Of a stretch of 43,619 nt of DNA, positions 11,204-25,386 are shown one piece after another (positions within the stretch are counted from its first letter, which is position 1; each line of letters begins with the position of its first letter). Made by a program: the position numbers and the translations under genes. Source of the DNA: Salpingoeca rosetta (taxonomy: Eukaryota; Protista; Choanoflagellata); contig JAWQFM010000007.1 in NCBI GenBank assembly GCA_033442325.1, positions 529,968 to 573,586 on the forward strand. Reading direction: 5' to 3'. The notes below the pieces were generated by a model. The model searched no databases, was not told the origin of the DNA, and saw only the letters and a list, made by a program, of their open reading frames with translations.

Positions 11204-14200
11204 CGTGGGCCCTTTGTCTGCATGTGTGCATGTGTATGTGTGCATGTCAGCACTTGTGCTTGTGAGTGGCACGGAGCTTTTACCTCCCCCTCCCTGCCTC
11301 TTCTCTTTGAGGCCAACGCCAGCCCATGATGATGTGTCCACTGCACGCTGTCGCTCAATTCACGCTGTCACGTCACTCACCCGCACGTGCGGCTGTCCGA
11401 TTGCGCGCATGCATGCATCGTCTCCACGCATGTGCCTGATCAGGTCCACTTTTGGATGTCCGAGATTGGTCTTCCAGCCCGCTACTTTGAGATTGTCAGC
11501 GCCGAGGACATCCTCAAGCATGTCGAGTCCCTTGCGGTATGTCCACCAGCCCCGGTGATCCCAACGGGGGCAAGGAGAGATGTGATGTCACATGTTCGAG
11601 ACGCACAGTGCAATCTCGTTTATGTGTTATGCGTGCGTGTGTGTGTGTGTGTGTGCGTGTGTGTGTGTGTGTGATCCACAGACGCAGACACAGACACAGA
11701 CGCACAGAGAGAGAGAGAGAGATCGCTTGTGTCTTGCCTCTTGCGGCGTGTGTATGCGTGGTTGCCACGAGGCTTCCCCCGACCCCTTCACTCACTCACT
11801 CACTCACTCACTCGATCGCTGCCTCGGCTGTTGTTGTTGTTGTTGTTGTTGTTTTCTTTCAGGCTGAGCTTGCCGGACAGGCCGCCTCTGGCAGCACCTT
11901 TGACATGGAAATCCGGCACGAGACGGAGACCTCTGCCCTGTATGTCGTGCCATCCTCTGTCTCCGGAAAGGACAGCGGCATGATGCGCTACAGCCTCGGC
12001 CCCGCGCAGTCCACGCCCGTGCACCGCGTTGAGAACTACATTGAGCAGACGTACGCTTGCCCTGTCGAGAAATGCCCTGTCGAGAAATGCGCGCGCGCAC
12101 AAACTGCCACTGTTTTTCGACTGAACACCCTCATACACGTTGCAATACGCACACATGCCCGTTCACACACTCATGTTAACATACATACTCACTCCTACTC
12201 ACTCACTCACTCACTCACTGGACTCACTCACTCACTCACTCATACATACAAATACACACACCAACGATGTGGCGCAGGTTCTTTTCTCGTTTCCACAACG
12301 ATGAGGACGAGCATGCTGATGTGCAAACACAGGCCCGCCGCACCCTCGTGCGCTCCCTGTCCACGGCGCAGCCCCACTCCCCAGGCTCCCCAACCCCAGG
12401 CTCCACCATCCTCGCCAACCGCCCTTTCCGCCTACAGGCGTTCCGATCCAAGTAAGAGAACACGGCTGCAACGTGCGAGCTTGCATGCATGCACCCGTAT
12501 CATCACTGACCGGTGTTGTTTGCCACAGCGGATTGTTCACAGTTAAACCTCGTGACTTCTTGCTCACCACCACAACTGATGGATGCACCCCTTGTATTGG
12601 TTTTGTTTCTCTCGCCCTCTCCACTCCTTTGCTTCTTCGTCTCCCTCGTGCGTGTTAGGGCTGCTGTGGAGGAGGCTGGCGGCGCCCACCTTCGCCTGTA
12701 CCTGCTGCAGGCGTGCGAGTTTGTCAACCCAAAGCCCGCAGACGACGAGACGCGCATTGAGGAGCTTGCAGACAAGGGCTTCCTCTCCGATGTCGACGCC
12801 AAGACCAAAGCCGCCTACCAAGTACGTCCGCGCTCATCACGCCCATTCGTGCACGTGTGTGTGTGTGCGTGTGCTTGTGTGTGTGTGCATGTGTGTGTGC
12901 ATATGTGTGCGTGTGTGTGCATGTGTGTGTGTGGTTGGTCTTCGTCTACTGGTGCAGCTTATTTCTTCATTCCTTTGCAACAACCCGACTCACCACGGCT
13001 GTTGCTTGCTTGCATGCATGTTCCATCTCCCCTGCAGGAGGTTGTGCGCAAGACCGTGGAGACGGGGGAGCCCGTGTTCCAGTTCTTCCAGGACTTTGAG
13101 GACGAGGGTCACAAGGCAACCCTGCTCCTCGTCTCCCACTTCATTGGCGACACCCACAGCTTCTTCGTCGGGTGAGTCTCACACACAGGAACACTTGTGG
13201 TGAATGCAAATTTACACATGCACACACGAGCACTCACACACACACACACACATGTACATGCACATGTACGCTCACACGGTCGTGCTATTTCTCGGTGCTT
13301 TTGCCATTCAATGACTCATCTTGAGACTGTCCGATCACCGTCGCCACCTGCTTTGTGTTCTAGTATGCCTGCCGTGTACCGCCACTACTACATGTTTGCT
13401 CACACCAAATACGTCGAGATGTTCAGCAACGGCATCGTACGTCGCGTGTGCATGCTTGCTTGTGTGCTGAGCGTGTGAGAACATACACATAAGCATGTGT
13501 GTGCCGTTTGTTTGGCATTGTGGCTCTGTACCGGTCTGATTTGACGGTTCCGCGCCCCTCCCTATGCGTATCATGCATGCTTTTTTCTCCCAATCCACAC
13601 ACTCAAGCTCACACACTCGTCTTTCACACTCACGCACTCTCTCACTCACCCGCGCGCGCACACACACAAATACACACACACACACTCACACACACTCACA
13701 CACACACACACGCTTACGCGCGCACGCGTTGACGCTGGCAGATTGTGTTTGCCTTCTACCTGAACCCGCTGAGCGTGATTCGGCAGCCGGACGGGTCGAC
13801 GGTCGAGCCCTCCTCCAAGCTCGTCTCCCGCATGGCCCACATGGAGCAGGACGCCTCCCTGCACTTTGTCCTGCCCAAGCACAGCTTCACCCCGCTGCTC
13901 ACCAGCGGCAAGCTCAGCGTGCAGGAGACGACGTACGCTTACTGCGCCGCCAAGTTTGCCTTCCACTTCCTCAACCGCGGCGAACGGGACCACCGCGAGG
14001 TTGCCCTTGCCCTGCAGTCGTCCGAAGCGCTGGCTGCGCTCTCCCGCCTTCGCGCCGCCTTCCGTATGCACGCCTTCAACGAGGGCTTCATCGTGGATGC
14101 CGTCATCACCAACAAGCAGCTCATCTCCGTGCTGTACGACGACTTTGCTGCGCGCCACATGCCAAGCTTCATGCACCGTCGCTCCCGCGTCATCAGCTCG

Positions 14201-15059
14201 TCCAACCCCGAGACTGGCGGTCCGTTGTTCTCCTGGTGCCCCTGCCTGCGTGTCGTGCTCAGCTGTCTGTCTTGTGCGCTGGTGTGATTCGATTGTCTGT
14301 TTGTGTGATGTTTGACATCGTGTGCGTGCATCTGTCGTCCCAAGAAAGGCTCATCACTTTCTCACCTTGTTCATTCCTCGCCCTTCGTTCCTGCCTTTGT
14401 CCTGCCTCGTTTCCTCCCTTGCTTGCAGGCACGATGGAGCGTGAGAGCGGCAAGGAGCGCCTGCTGCAGCTCGTGCGCGAGTCGTGCAAGACAGAGGGCG
14501 AGCGCACCGTGTTTGAGGCCTTTGTCACCTTCAACACGTCCATCCTCAAGACCAACTACTACAAGCCCTCCAAGCGCGCCATTTCCTTCCGCCTGGAGCC
14601 GTCCATCCTCTCCTCCAACGCCTTCACAGAGCGCCCCTTTGGCGTCTTTATGATTGTGGGCGCCGAGTTCCGAGGGTTCCACGTGCGCTTCCGCGACGTT
14701 GCGCGTGGTGGCATTCGCCTGGTGCGTTCCCGCTACCCGCAGGCGTACAACAACAACGTCTCTGCGCTCTTTGACGAGTGCTTCAACCTGGCGAGCACGC
14801 AGCAGCGCAAAAACAAGGACATTCCCGAGGGCGGATCCAAGGGCGTCATCCTGCTGGGCTGGAAGTACCAGGACAAGGGCCAGGTTGCCTTCCGCAAGTT
14901 TGTCGACGCCGTACTCGACTGCATGATCCCCGACGAGCAGTACATGATCGACCACTACGGCAAGGAGGAGCTTCTCTTCCTCGGCCCAGACGAGGGCACA
15001 GCTGACTTTATGGACTGGTGCGTTTCTGAACACGGTCGTGGTGGTGTGTAATGTGTGGG

Positions 15060-15108
<49 letters not shown>

Positions 15109-15942
15109 AGTGGTGGTGAAGGTGACGATGATGTGTGGGTGGGTGCGTGTGCTTGCACGTGTGTTGTTCCTTTGCATTCGCGTTCCTCGACTGTTCTTGT
15201 CCTCACAACTTCATGCCCACAAAACACACACACACACACACACAACTGTTATGTTCGCTTGTTCTCGCGTATGCAGGGCGAGCCTTCACGCCCGCAAGCG
15301 CGGGTACAAGTACTGGAAGGCGTTTACCACGGGCAAGGGCACGTCTCTCGGCGGCATTCCGCACGACACGTATGGCATGACCACAAACTCCGTGCGCGCG
15401 TACGTGGAGGGCATCCAGGAGCAGCTTGGCCTCGACCCAAAGAAGTGCACCAAGATGCAGACTGGCGGGCCCGATGGTGACCTTGGCTCCAACGAGATCA
15501 AGATGGGCCTGGAGAAGACGGTGGCCATCGTCGACGGCAGCGGCGTTGCCTACGACCCGGAGGGCCTGGACAAGGAGGAGCTCACCTCGCTCGCCACGCG
15601 CCGCATCATGGTCAGCAACTTCAACAAGGACAAGTTCTCGCCGCAGGGCTTCTTTGTCAACGTGGAGGAGTCAGACTGCCCGCTGCCGGACGGTTCCACC
15701 GTGCCGAGCGGCCTTGACTTCCGCAACGTGTTCCACCTCAACCCCATGGTGCACGTGGACTTTTTCGTGCCCTGTGGTGGCCGCCCTGCGGCTGTCAGCA
15801 CGGAGAACTACAAGGCGTTCCTGTACGACAACGACGGTCGCCTGCGTGTCAAGTACATTGTTGAGGGCGCCAACCTGTTCTTCACGCAGGAGGCGCGCCT
15901 CAAGATTGAGGAGGCAGGTGTCATCCTCATCAAGGACGCAAG

Positions 15943-15992
<50 letters not shown>

Positions 15993-17128
15993 TTGTGCTT
16001 GCAACACGCTTTGCAATGATGCGCAGCAACCCAACCCCACGCCTGAATTATTTTTCTCTTGTGTTCTCTTCTCAGCACACACGCGAACGCTCACGTTGAC
16101 GCTTTTCTCGTTCCCTCGCACACGCACCCACACAAATCCACCCATCCAATGTCCCTGGGTGCAGCGCCAACAAGGGTGGCGTGACGTCCTCCAGCCTCGA
16201 GGTGCTTGCCGCCCTCTGCCTCACAGGTACGCGCGCGCTTTGACTTTGGAAATCGGTTTTGTCCCCATCACTCGAATGCTTTTCCGTGGAACGGACACCA
16301 GCCAGCCCCGCCGCTCTGCTATTGCTCACCGTTCTTCTTGCTTCCTTTCCCTTGCCTCTTCTCCTCTCTCCGCTCTCCCCTCTCTTGTCTTCGCTTTCCC
16401 ATTGCTCTTTGCCATTCTCAGATGAGGAGTTTGTGGAGCACATGGCAATTGCTGGCGATGTTGTGCCAGAGCTGTACCAGACGTATGTCAAGGAGGTGCA
16501 GGGCATCATCAACAACAACGCCAAGCTTGAGTTCAAGTGCATGTGGGAGCACCACAAGGCCACCAACGAGCCCATGTCCATCATCAGCGATCTGCTCAGC
16601 AACAAGATTGTGCACCTGCGTGACGCCATTCTCGCCAGCGAGCGCATATGGACAAACCAGACACTCAAGACCAACGTAAGGGCTGCCTGCACATTTCCGT
16701 GTTGTTGTTGTTGTTGTTGTTGTCGTTGTCGTTGTTGTTTAAGTTGTCGTTGTTGTTGTTTAAGTTGTCGTTGTTGTTGTTGTTGTTGTTGCCGTCGTGC
16801 AGCCGAAACCCGTGTTGCCTGCTACTTTCACAGCCCATCCAAACCTCCACTCTCGCTCACACTGTCCCTCGTTGCCGCACCGCAACATCTGCTTAAATCC
16901 ATCTCGCTCCCCCTCTATTCCCGGCACTCGGAACCACAGATTCTGAAGCGGGCGATTCCCAAGACGCTTCAAGAGTTCCGTCCACTGGACGTGCTCACGT
17001 CCCGCCTGCCGGCCGTGTACCTGAAGACGCTCTTTGCCTCGTACCTCTCCAGCCGCTTTGTCTACTCGCAGGGTCTGCTTGCGTCCGACCTTGCCTTCTT
17101 CGAATACGTGCAGGAGCTGTCTGCCTGA
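10971..17128 (+). CDS. GDH2: NAD-specific glutamate dehydrogenase, large fungal/protist type (~1052 aa, 13 exons)
   Basis: Exons 10971-11066, 11444-11536, 11863-12050, 12278-12451, 12659-12821, 13038-13171, 13364-13436, 13742-14219, 14429-15017, 15277-15942, 16165-16226, 16422-16675, 16940-17128; all GT-AG, in phase, 3159 nt. Motifs: FRGFHVRFRDVARGGIRLV, QQRKNKDIPEGGSKG, LFLGPDEGTA, FTTGK..LGGIPHD.YGMT, QTGGPDGDLGSNEI, FVPCGGRP, IVEGANLF, SANKGGVTSSSLEVL. Confidence 0.95.
11130..11201. repeat. (TG)n intronic microsatellite, representative of many in the window
   Basis: Visible in GDH2 intron 1. Similar tracts at ~9700, 15950, 37680, 38070 and 39160. Confidence 0.95.
15061..15108. repeat. (GAT)n intronic microsatellite
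   Basis: Visible in GDH2 intron 9. Confidence 0.9.
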
Positions 17129-17819
17129 GTCTTTCTCTCGCTCGCTCGCTCCATGTCTCTCTCTGTCTGCCTGCCTGTGCGTCTGCGGTGTGGCGTTGTT
17201 TCTTCGTGTGACGACTCTTTTCGTGTTCGTGCTGTGTTGGGAGAAAGAGGGCTTGTGGTGTTGTTCGTGCGTCCTGGCATGAGGCAAGGCCACGCAAGCA
17301 AACCATTGGCTCTTCGTCCCATGCTTGTTTGTGTCTGTCTGTGCCTGTCTGCCCTCGTGCTTGCCCGTGTCTGTTCGCTTCCTAGATCATGCATGCTTTT
17401 TGTTTGCCGCCATCAAGGTCGTTGTTTGCGCCTTGCCATGAACACCGTCGCTGCTCGCTGTCTGTTCGTGTTGCCTTTGTGTGTCTGCTTCCCCTCCTCT
17501 GCGTGTCATGCGTGGCTTCGTGCCTGGCACGACCCAAGGAAACGAACAACAAGCCAAAAAAAAAAAAAAAAAGTGAAACGCTTCGGCAAGGTTCGCTTCA
17601 AAAAACGACATGCATGCTTACAACCACGCATTGAGTTCAAGGTCTGACCGCGAATACAAAACAACTGTACATCCAAGTGTAAGGCGGCGCACCTGTGGTG
17701 GTGCGTGACGTGTGTTTCCGCTACAACTGGCAAGACTGACTGGGTTATTTTTTTTTCATTATTATTATTTTGAACAATCAAAGGGGGCGCATGCATGCGA
17801 AAGGAATAACGTCACAAAT

Positions 17820-19439
17820 CTAGAAATGGGTTGAAGCATAACGAGGATGAGCACTTTGCCGCTGACTATGTGGCTGGCGTTGTCGGCGTTGTGGATGGTG
17901 GAGCGGACGGTGATTGCGAGCATGTTGACGGTCATCCGGCGTGCCAGGTAACAGCTCAAAGCTCGCGTGTTCACTGCTGTTATCACCACCGTTGACGTCG
18001 TGTTCGTATGGAAGGAGCTTGCTTCGGTGGCGGCGGCGCTGTGCACTGTCCACGCTCACACCGATGAACGAACCAAGTTTTGGATCCCCAAACGCAACGA
18101 GGGCGGGTGGCGTATTGTCGAACCCATCATCGACAGCTTCGCCACTGCCAACCAAGGCACTGCCCACCCTGTTCTTGTTCGGTGCCTCGCGCAGCAGCAC
18201 GGGACTGGCTACAAGGGCCACAGTGGAGCCGTCAGGGCGTGTCAGCACCACATGGCTTGTGCTTGTGGCCGACTGCTGGGGGTGCAGAGACGGGGACAAG
18301 GCGAGGGTGCCACTGTTATGGTCATGGGTGGTGGTGTAGCGACGATAATGGTGGCTGTGTGAGGGCGGCGACGACGCTGAGAAGTGGGATTGGTGCAGGA
18401 AGGCCGGGTCAGACTTGGTCCATCCCATGTCACTGGGCACAATCAACACCTCCCGCTTCTTTCGCCTGCACCATCGACGTGAACGAGTTTGATGGGCCAT
18501 GGGTGGCGTGTACGTGTCCGTGAGAAACGATTATGTTCCAGCACACACCCACACACTCCCTCGCTCATGGTACTCACTCACAAAACCGGCTGCGCGCGTA
18601 GTCACCACACACACAACCACACATATCCGCACACCCACACACAACCACACATATCCGCGCACGGACACCCGACACACACACACACCCACACACACCCACA
18701 CACATACATACAAACACACCTTGCCAGAAGTATAATGGCCACAATCAGTGCAATGATCAGTGCCAGAATCAGCACCAAGGTCACCCAAGTAAAAGTGGTC
18801 TCCCCTGCGGAGCTTGGGAATGCCGTGGATCTGGATGACGCAGTCATCGTTGATGTCGTGGACGAAAAGTGCAGTGGTCTCGTGGGTCCTGCGAAGCCAG
18901 CACACCTCACAGTCGATGCCTGGTGTTGTGGCAGGAAGGCGCGACACAATACGACACAGCATCATGGATGATGAGGGGCATTCTCGACTACCACACACTC
19001 GAAAGGGCGTGACACGTGACAGGAATGAATGCTAGTCAACGTGTTGGGTTGGCACGCACCTGATGAAGGCTCAGCGCCAAACACAGTCCATCCGGTAAAT
19101 TCGAGATCGCGCTGATGGAGGGCGATGTCATGTTTCCTCTCTCCTGCGGGTCCTCAGAGGCCTCGAGTACAACGTACAACACTGTAGCGCGCACGCACAA
19201 GAACATACAAAGAGACAAATTATTAGCCACAGCGCAAGTACATGCAGGCATCCGTTCCAAGATCACAGCACACCACAAAGATACCACAAACAAAACACAA
19301 AGAACAGTAATGATGACAGACATGGCGCGCTTTTTTTTTCTGGTTATCTATCATACATGCGGGCGAAAATTATGCACGCGCACATTTACGAGCACATGCT
19401 CTCATCTACACACGAGCACTGGACACACTCACTCACTCA

Positions 19440-19480
<41 letters not shown>

Positions 19481-22400
19481 TCTCTCTCACCCACCCACTC
19501 ACTCACTCACTCACTCACTCACTCACAGACTTGCGCCCACCCAAGCACATGCCTTGAGCCGTACCAGTGGACAGCGACACATTGTTGGCGACGTGGCTGC
19601 ACGTGAGATTCGTCAGTGCAAGGCTGTGCACGGGAACGCTGGTGCTGTTGCTGATGCTCAACAGCACCAGTTCAGCAACAGCGTCGAGGGCGTCGCACGA
19701 CATGTTCCCAGCACGCTCACGCGCCAGCTGTAAGGTCAGAGGCACTCGCTGAAACGACGTCCAGTTGCGTTGGCCGCAAGCCCCACACCAAGCGAGGCGT
19801 GGCCCCGATGTGTCTGAGCCCGGGGCACCATCAGACCCGGTCTCATCACCATACACGCGCAGCGTCTCTGCAGAGGCAACAAGCAAGTGCGGTGCTGTTG
19901 CTGCTGGCACGTGTGGTGGAGCTGGCACTGCTGGTGGTGGCGATGCACCACACAGGCTGCCACCGACGTTGTGCAGCGGCGGAAGCAGGGGGTGTGCGCA
20001 AACGCCCGACAATAAGGAAGGCGCATGTGCAACGCGGTACCCATCCAGCCACAGCCCAGCTCCAAAGTCTGGGCCAATGGTGACGGCAATGTGAAACCAC
20101 AGCGTTCCCACATGTGGCGCAGACGCCAGATGAAAGACGAGCGTCTGTGAGACGTGACGTGTTGGGGCTGACGTGTCTTGCAAGATAGCATCAAACAGGC
20201 TTGCTCCAACGGCTGGGGTGCGGCCGTCATGAATGCGCACTGCCTCGTGAAACACAACCCGCTTTGTTTCGACGTCCAGCGTGAGCCGCGCAGCCGTATC
20301 CCAACGCGAGCGGTTCAAGGAGGTGCAAGATCCACCGAACAGCGCCAGCTGTAACGCCCCGCTCGACGCTGTGGCCATGCCCCCAAGGACAGGAAGAATG
20401 CGGGCTGAATATGAAGGCATAGCTGGGACTTGGGTGCTTTGCACTACTGGAACAGTCACCTTCGCCCACATGCCAAATGCACGGATTGTAGCAGCGACAG
20501 CAGAAGAGGCAGCAAGCTCTGGCGTTGCGGTGAGGGCCGTGTTTGGAGATAAGACAACATACGGCTGCCCAACAGAAAACGGATTCACAGTTGACGTTGA
20601 CGCGTTCTGCAGCAGCAACGTCGTGTCAATGCGCTGCACAACCAGCGAAGACGTGTGACGTGCAATCGACGGGCCCGTCGTGCTGTCACGCGTGCTGAAC
20701 GAGCGCAGGAAAGCGGGCGCGAGGGTGCCTGCAGCCAACGGCAGCAGCTGCTCTGGTGGCACAACTTGCACACCCACAGCAGAAGACCGGGTGGGGAGCT
20801 GGACTCGTTCGTCCCCGCGTTCACCGAGTGGGACGCTCGCCCACGTTACTCTGTCCTCAAGTGCATCGTCGATGACAGCAAACGCTGCCGTGCTCAGCGG
20901 TAAGGGAGCAGTGTCCGTCCGCAGGCGCACGCACACAGCAAAGTGCTGCAACTGCGCCCGTGTCTGCACCAGCGACGCTGACGCCAAAGACACAGCACGC
21001 GCGCGTGCAACGATCCCTGATCGGGTGAAGGTGACAAACCCGCTCACGGTGGACGCAGTCAACATGGCAGCGTACGTTTCTGAGGTTGACAGCACGGCAA
21101 AGACAGCCACGCCATCACCAGCGCTCGCGGCGGTGTCAATCGACAGCGTCGTCGTTATGACCAGCGCGTGCGTGTACATTCCGCGTCCACAGCTGTGCTC
21201 AACAGCTGGCAGAGCACGCCTGCGCCGTGATGATGCCTGTGGCGCGAGCGCAATGAGCTCAGCGCCCACGATGAGCGGGCGGTCTTGTGTGATGGCGTCT
21301 GTCACATCAGCGACCACGGCCAGTGATGGGGCCTCGGTTCGCCCCTGCACCAGCGGTAGCCGTAACCCGCACATGCCAGCAAAAAACGATGGATGGAAGT
21401 GCCAGCAAAGAAACGCTGCAACATCTGCACCGTCACGCCGACAGCTGCGACCAGAGCCCGTGGTGCTGGTTGTGCTGCTGCTGCTACTACTGTTGCTACC
21501 GGTGTGCTCGTTCACGTCCAGCACGCACCGTGTCATTGTTTGCCCGCTGTCGCCAGCTTGCGATACTGCACGCCTTTGTCGTTGATGCGGCTGCTGGTGG
21601 TGGGTTTGTTGCTGTGGATTCGCAGCTGAGGACGACACCAGTCGAATTGGCAGCGAAGTCGACACGAGGTCCTGTCGAAATAAGGCAGACGCACTCATGC
21701 TGCTGCTGGTATTGTTGTCTGAATCCAGTGGTTGTGAGCGCACAATGTCCACAGATACATGCGCGGAGACTGCAGTGAATTCTGATGGTGATGGTTGTGG
21801 CTGTTCAGCACTGGCGAATGCAAGTCCCAGAACCCGAACCAGCCCCGCGCGAGGGGCAGCAGCAAGCACGAGCACGGCTTCCACTCGCCCAGCTGCGTTG
21901 CACTGTGTCATGTTCCTTGACCGATATATGAGCGGTATGCCCTCAGCCTCACCACCCGTCGCATCGCACCACCACGTATGGCGTACGGGTTGCATGCTGC
22001 CAGGTGGTACAAACACTTCAACAAGTTGAAGTGACGCTGGGTCGAAGGCTACGGAAGCCGAGTACACTGCGCCGACAGCCGCACTCAGGCTTGGCTGTTC
22101 AAACGCCAACACCATGCCTAACGTCGACGGTGGCGGTGGTGGTGGTACTGGTGCTGTTGTTGTCGGTGGTGGCGCTGTCGTTGCTGTTGTCGTTGCTGTT
22201 GTGGTTGCTGCTGGGGGCGGTGTTGTTGAAGACGACAAGACGGCGGCAGATGCAGGCCAGGGACCGAGATTGCCCCCGCCCCCACCGCCGCCAGCAGGCA
22301 CATCAGTGCCGTCACCGCTGCCGTTCATTTCTTCAGCTGCAGTTGTTCCAGGGGACAAGGGAATGGAGGTGGATGGGAGAAGCCACGTGGGACGAAAGAG

Positions 22401-23250
22401 GCGATGGGGTGCAAATACGGCAAGTGGCAGGCGGGCAAACGTGCCAACAGCACTGGGCGGTGTGGGCGACACCATCTCGTTCGCAGCGACAACAGCAATG
22501 GTGATGATCGGGTACAAGTGTGCAGAGATTGGCGGCGGCAAGCGCAGGGCTGCCGTTTGCGTGTCGCTTGAGACCAGCAAGTACATCTGATCCTCTGCCC
22601 TGTATGGGCGCAGCGCCAGCCCAAGTGCGGGCTGCAGGGCGCGGATGCTGGCAGTGATGTGCGTGCCGTCCGAGAACATAGCCGTCGCCAAGGGCAGAGG
22701 AAGCGGCTTTGGCTCTCCAACGTCAGCGACAAAGGCAAGTGTAGTGTCACCCAAGTGAGGCTGCAGGTGCACAAGTGTCGTTGGTCCTGCAATGGTGGAT
22801 GGCTCAGGAACGACCTGCACATCAGCGACAACAGCGGACGAGCTTGCGCCTGTCATGCGAACACTGATCACAACTGACTGTTGCTGCTGAAATGAGCCAC
22901 CAGTGTGGGTGAGGAGGAGCGCGTCAGGTAATGTTGACTGGGGCGATGGCGTCGATGCAGGAACAGAGGCGGTGCCGGGTGCTGTCGTTGCAGTATCCTG
23001 CGAGAGCGGCGTGGACGTGATGGAGAGAACGCTGGATGCAACGGACACATCCAAGTTGGACATGGGCAGCGCAACGCACCCTTGCTGTTGTGGGTCACAA
23101 TTGCCCGCAAGCAAGCAATCGTCATTGGCGCTGGTGTTGCTTGCGGCAACGACGCACGCGACCACACGCAAGAGCACTGGTCGTAACCGCATGTCCGGGG
23201 ATGCCTGCGGTTGTGAAGAAGGAACTGCAACCACAGGCCACTGAAACAAT

Positions 23251-23286
<36 letters not shown>

Positions 23287-25352
23287 TGAGCGAGAGGAGG
23301 GTTCAGCTGGCTGAGCGGGATGTGTGGTGGCAAGGGCAATGCCCAGGACACTGACAAGTGCGGCACGACTTGCGTGTACACGCTGTCAAGACGAGCGGAA
23401 GCCGTATGCACGCCTTCAGCTGTGTGCAGCTCAAATGTCATGGTGATGTCGCCTGCACACGGCAGCATCGCAGAAACGCGGGCAACCGTTGTTGGCGTGA
23501 TGGTCCTCGCGGCTGTGGATGAGGCGACGTGGTCCATGACGGAGGGGAATTGCTGGGGGTTGTCGGTCGTGTCCAAACCCTCGCCGTTTGCACCACTGCC
23601 CTCAAGCTCAACGTGCACTGCATCAGCGCAAGCGCCGTTTACTGCGGTGATAATGACGGAGTTGATGTTGGGAAGCGTGGCGTTTGCAAACAAGCACGTC
23701 TCCTCTTCCACCCGCACAACGTCTCGTGCCAGCGCAGGTGGTGCAACTCCGATTGTGCGCGCGGATGACTCGAGTGTCAAGTGCTGACGCAACGGAGGCG
23801 TTGGTGTGGCTGCTTGTGTGGATGCGGTTGCATTTGTGTTGATGGGGGTGGTCGTCGGTGTTGTGAAATTGGCGGCACCGCTGCTGCTGCTGCTGCTGCT
23901 GCTGTCTGCGCTTGCTGTTTGTACATAGATGGTGCGAGCTGTCAGCAGCAGTGTCTGCGCGGGATCGCTGGTGGTGCTGGTCAAGTGCACGAGCAAGCGC
24001 GCGCGGACGGTGGCACCAACATCTGCAGGTGGTGGTGGTGGTGGTGGTTGTGGTGAAGCCTCAGGGGCGATGGCGACGGCAAGCGGAAGACCCACGCTGG
24101 ACGTGGAGGGTGCCAGCACCAAATGGGGCATGGGCTCCACTGCGTCGGACACAGTCAAGGTCAAGCGAAGACGATGAGACGGCAGCAAGCGCGCCGGCTC
24201 AGCACCGACACGCGCCACCACAAACACAACATACTGCATGCGAGGCACGAGCGTTGATGTTGCCGTCGTAAGGCCGGCTGCGATGGTGGCCAGCGCGGCT
24301 GTTCGCGGCTGCTGTTGCTGCTGCTGATTGTCCTCGAGGGGGCATTCACCGTTGGATGACGATGCTCCCGGAAGCAAGCAGGCGCGAAGTGCGGCTTGCG
24401 TCGTGCCCAGTGCTGGAAAGGCAACGGCAGTGATTGTACTTGGTACTTGGGGCTGGGATGGGCGTAGTTGCAGATGCAGAGCGGCAAGTGACTGTGATTG
24501 GGAATCATTCGGTGCGGAGGGCAATGTCACCTGCACCTCAGGCGTTCCCGAGTGCTGCAGGAAAGAGTCATTGAGTGCTAGCACCGCATCGGCCCCTGTT
24601 TGCATCGTGATGGTGGCGCTGGTTGCTGGAAATATGCGCAATAACGGCAACACGTCTTCCGTGATATCACAGGGTACTGCACGGAAGCTCTCTGTGTCAG
24701 TGTCTTTGCTGCCGTCGTTGCTGTTGCTGTCATCTTTGCTGCTGTCGTTGCTGCTGTCGTTGCTGCTGCTGCTGTTGTTGTTGTTGTTGTTGCTCCTGTG
24801 GTGGCTGCTGCTGAGCTGCGGAAAAGTGGCTTCCACCCACACGGGGATCACCGGCCACACCATTTGCTGAAAATCCAACGTCTCAAGCAGTAGCGGGTGT
24901 GCTGCTGCGACTGCTGCTGCTGTCCCAGTGGTGTGGTTGCTTGCAGCGTCCATGCCACCACCGGTGGCATTGAGAGGGCTGGGTGAGGGTGTGCGGATGG
25001 CGACGTGCACGGGCTGGACAACGCGTACGGTGACGGCGGCTCGTGCCAGGTCACCTTGCAACACAGATGCAGCGACAGTGGATGAGTTGCGCACACGGAT
25101 GGTGGCGTTGATGGTGCCCCCGAACCCGACTGGAATGCGCAACTGCAAACACGACTGCGTTTCGTCTGTGTAAGTCGTGTTGCATGGTGGGGCCGACGCC
25201 ACATGCGCGCTGGTGTCGCGGCATGCTGTGATGGCACAGGAGAGCGGAATCGCTGCAGCACCGGCAGTGTCGAGATGACGCCTCAGGATTGGCAGCGACG
25301 AGTCATCGTCATCATCATCGTCATCACCAACAGCTTCATCATCATCATCATT

Positions 25353-25386
<34 letters not shown>

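Noticed and set aside
12058-12090. 15-bp tandem duplication (TGCCCTGTCGAGAAA x2)
   Set aside because: Intronic, two copies only, no spacers; not CRISPR-like.
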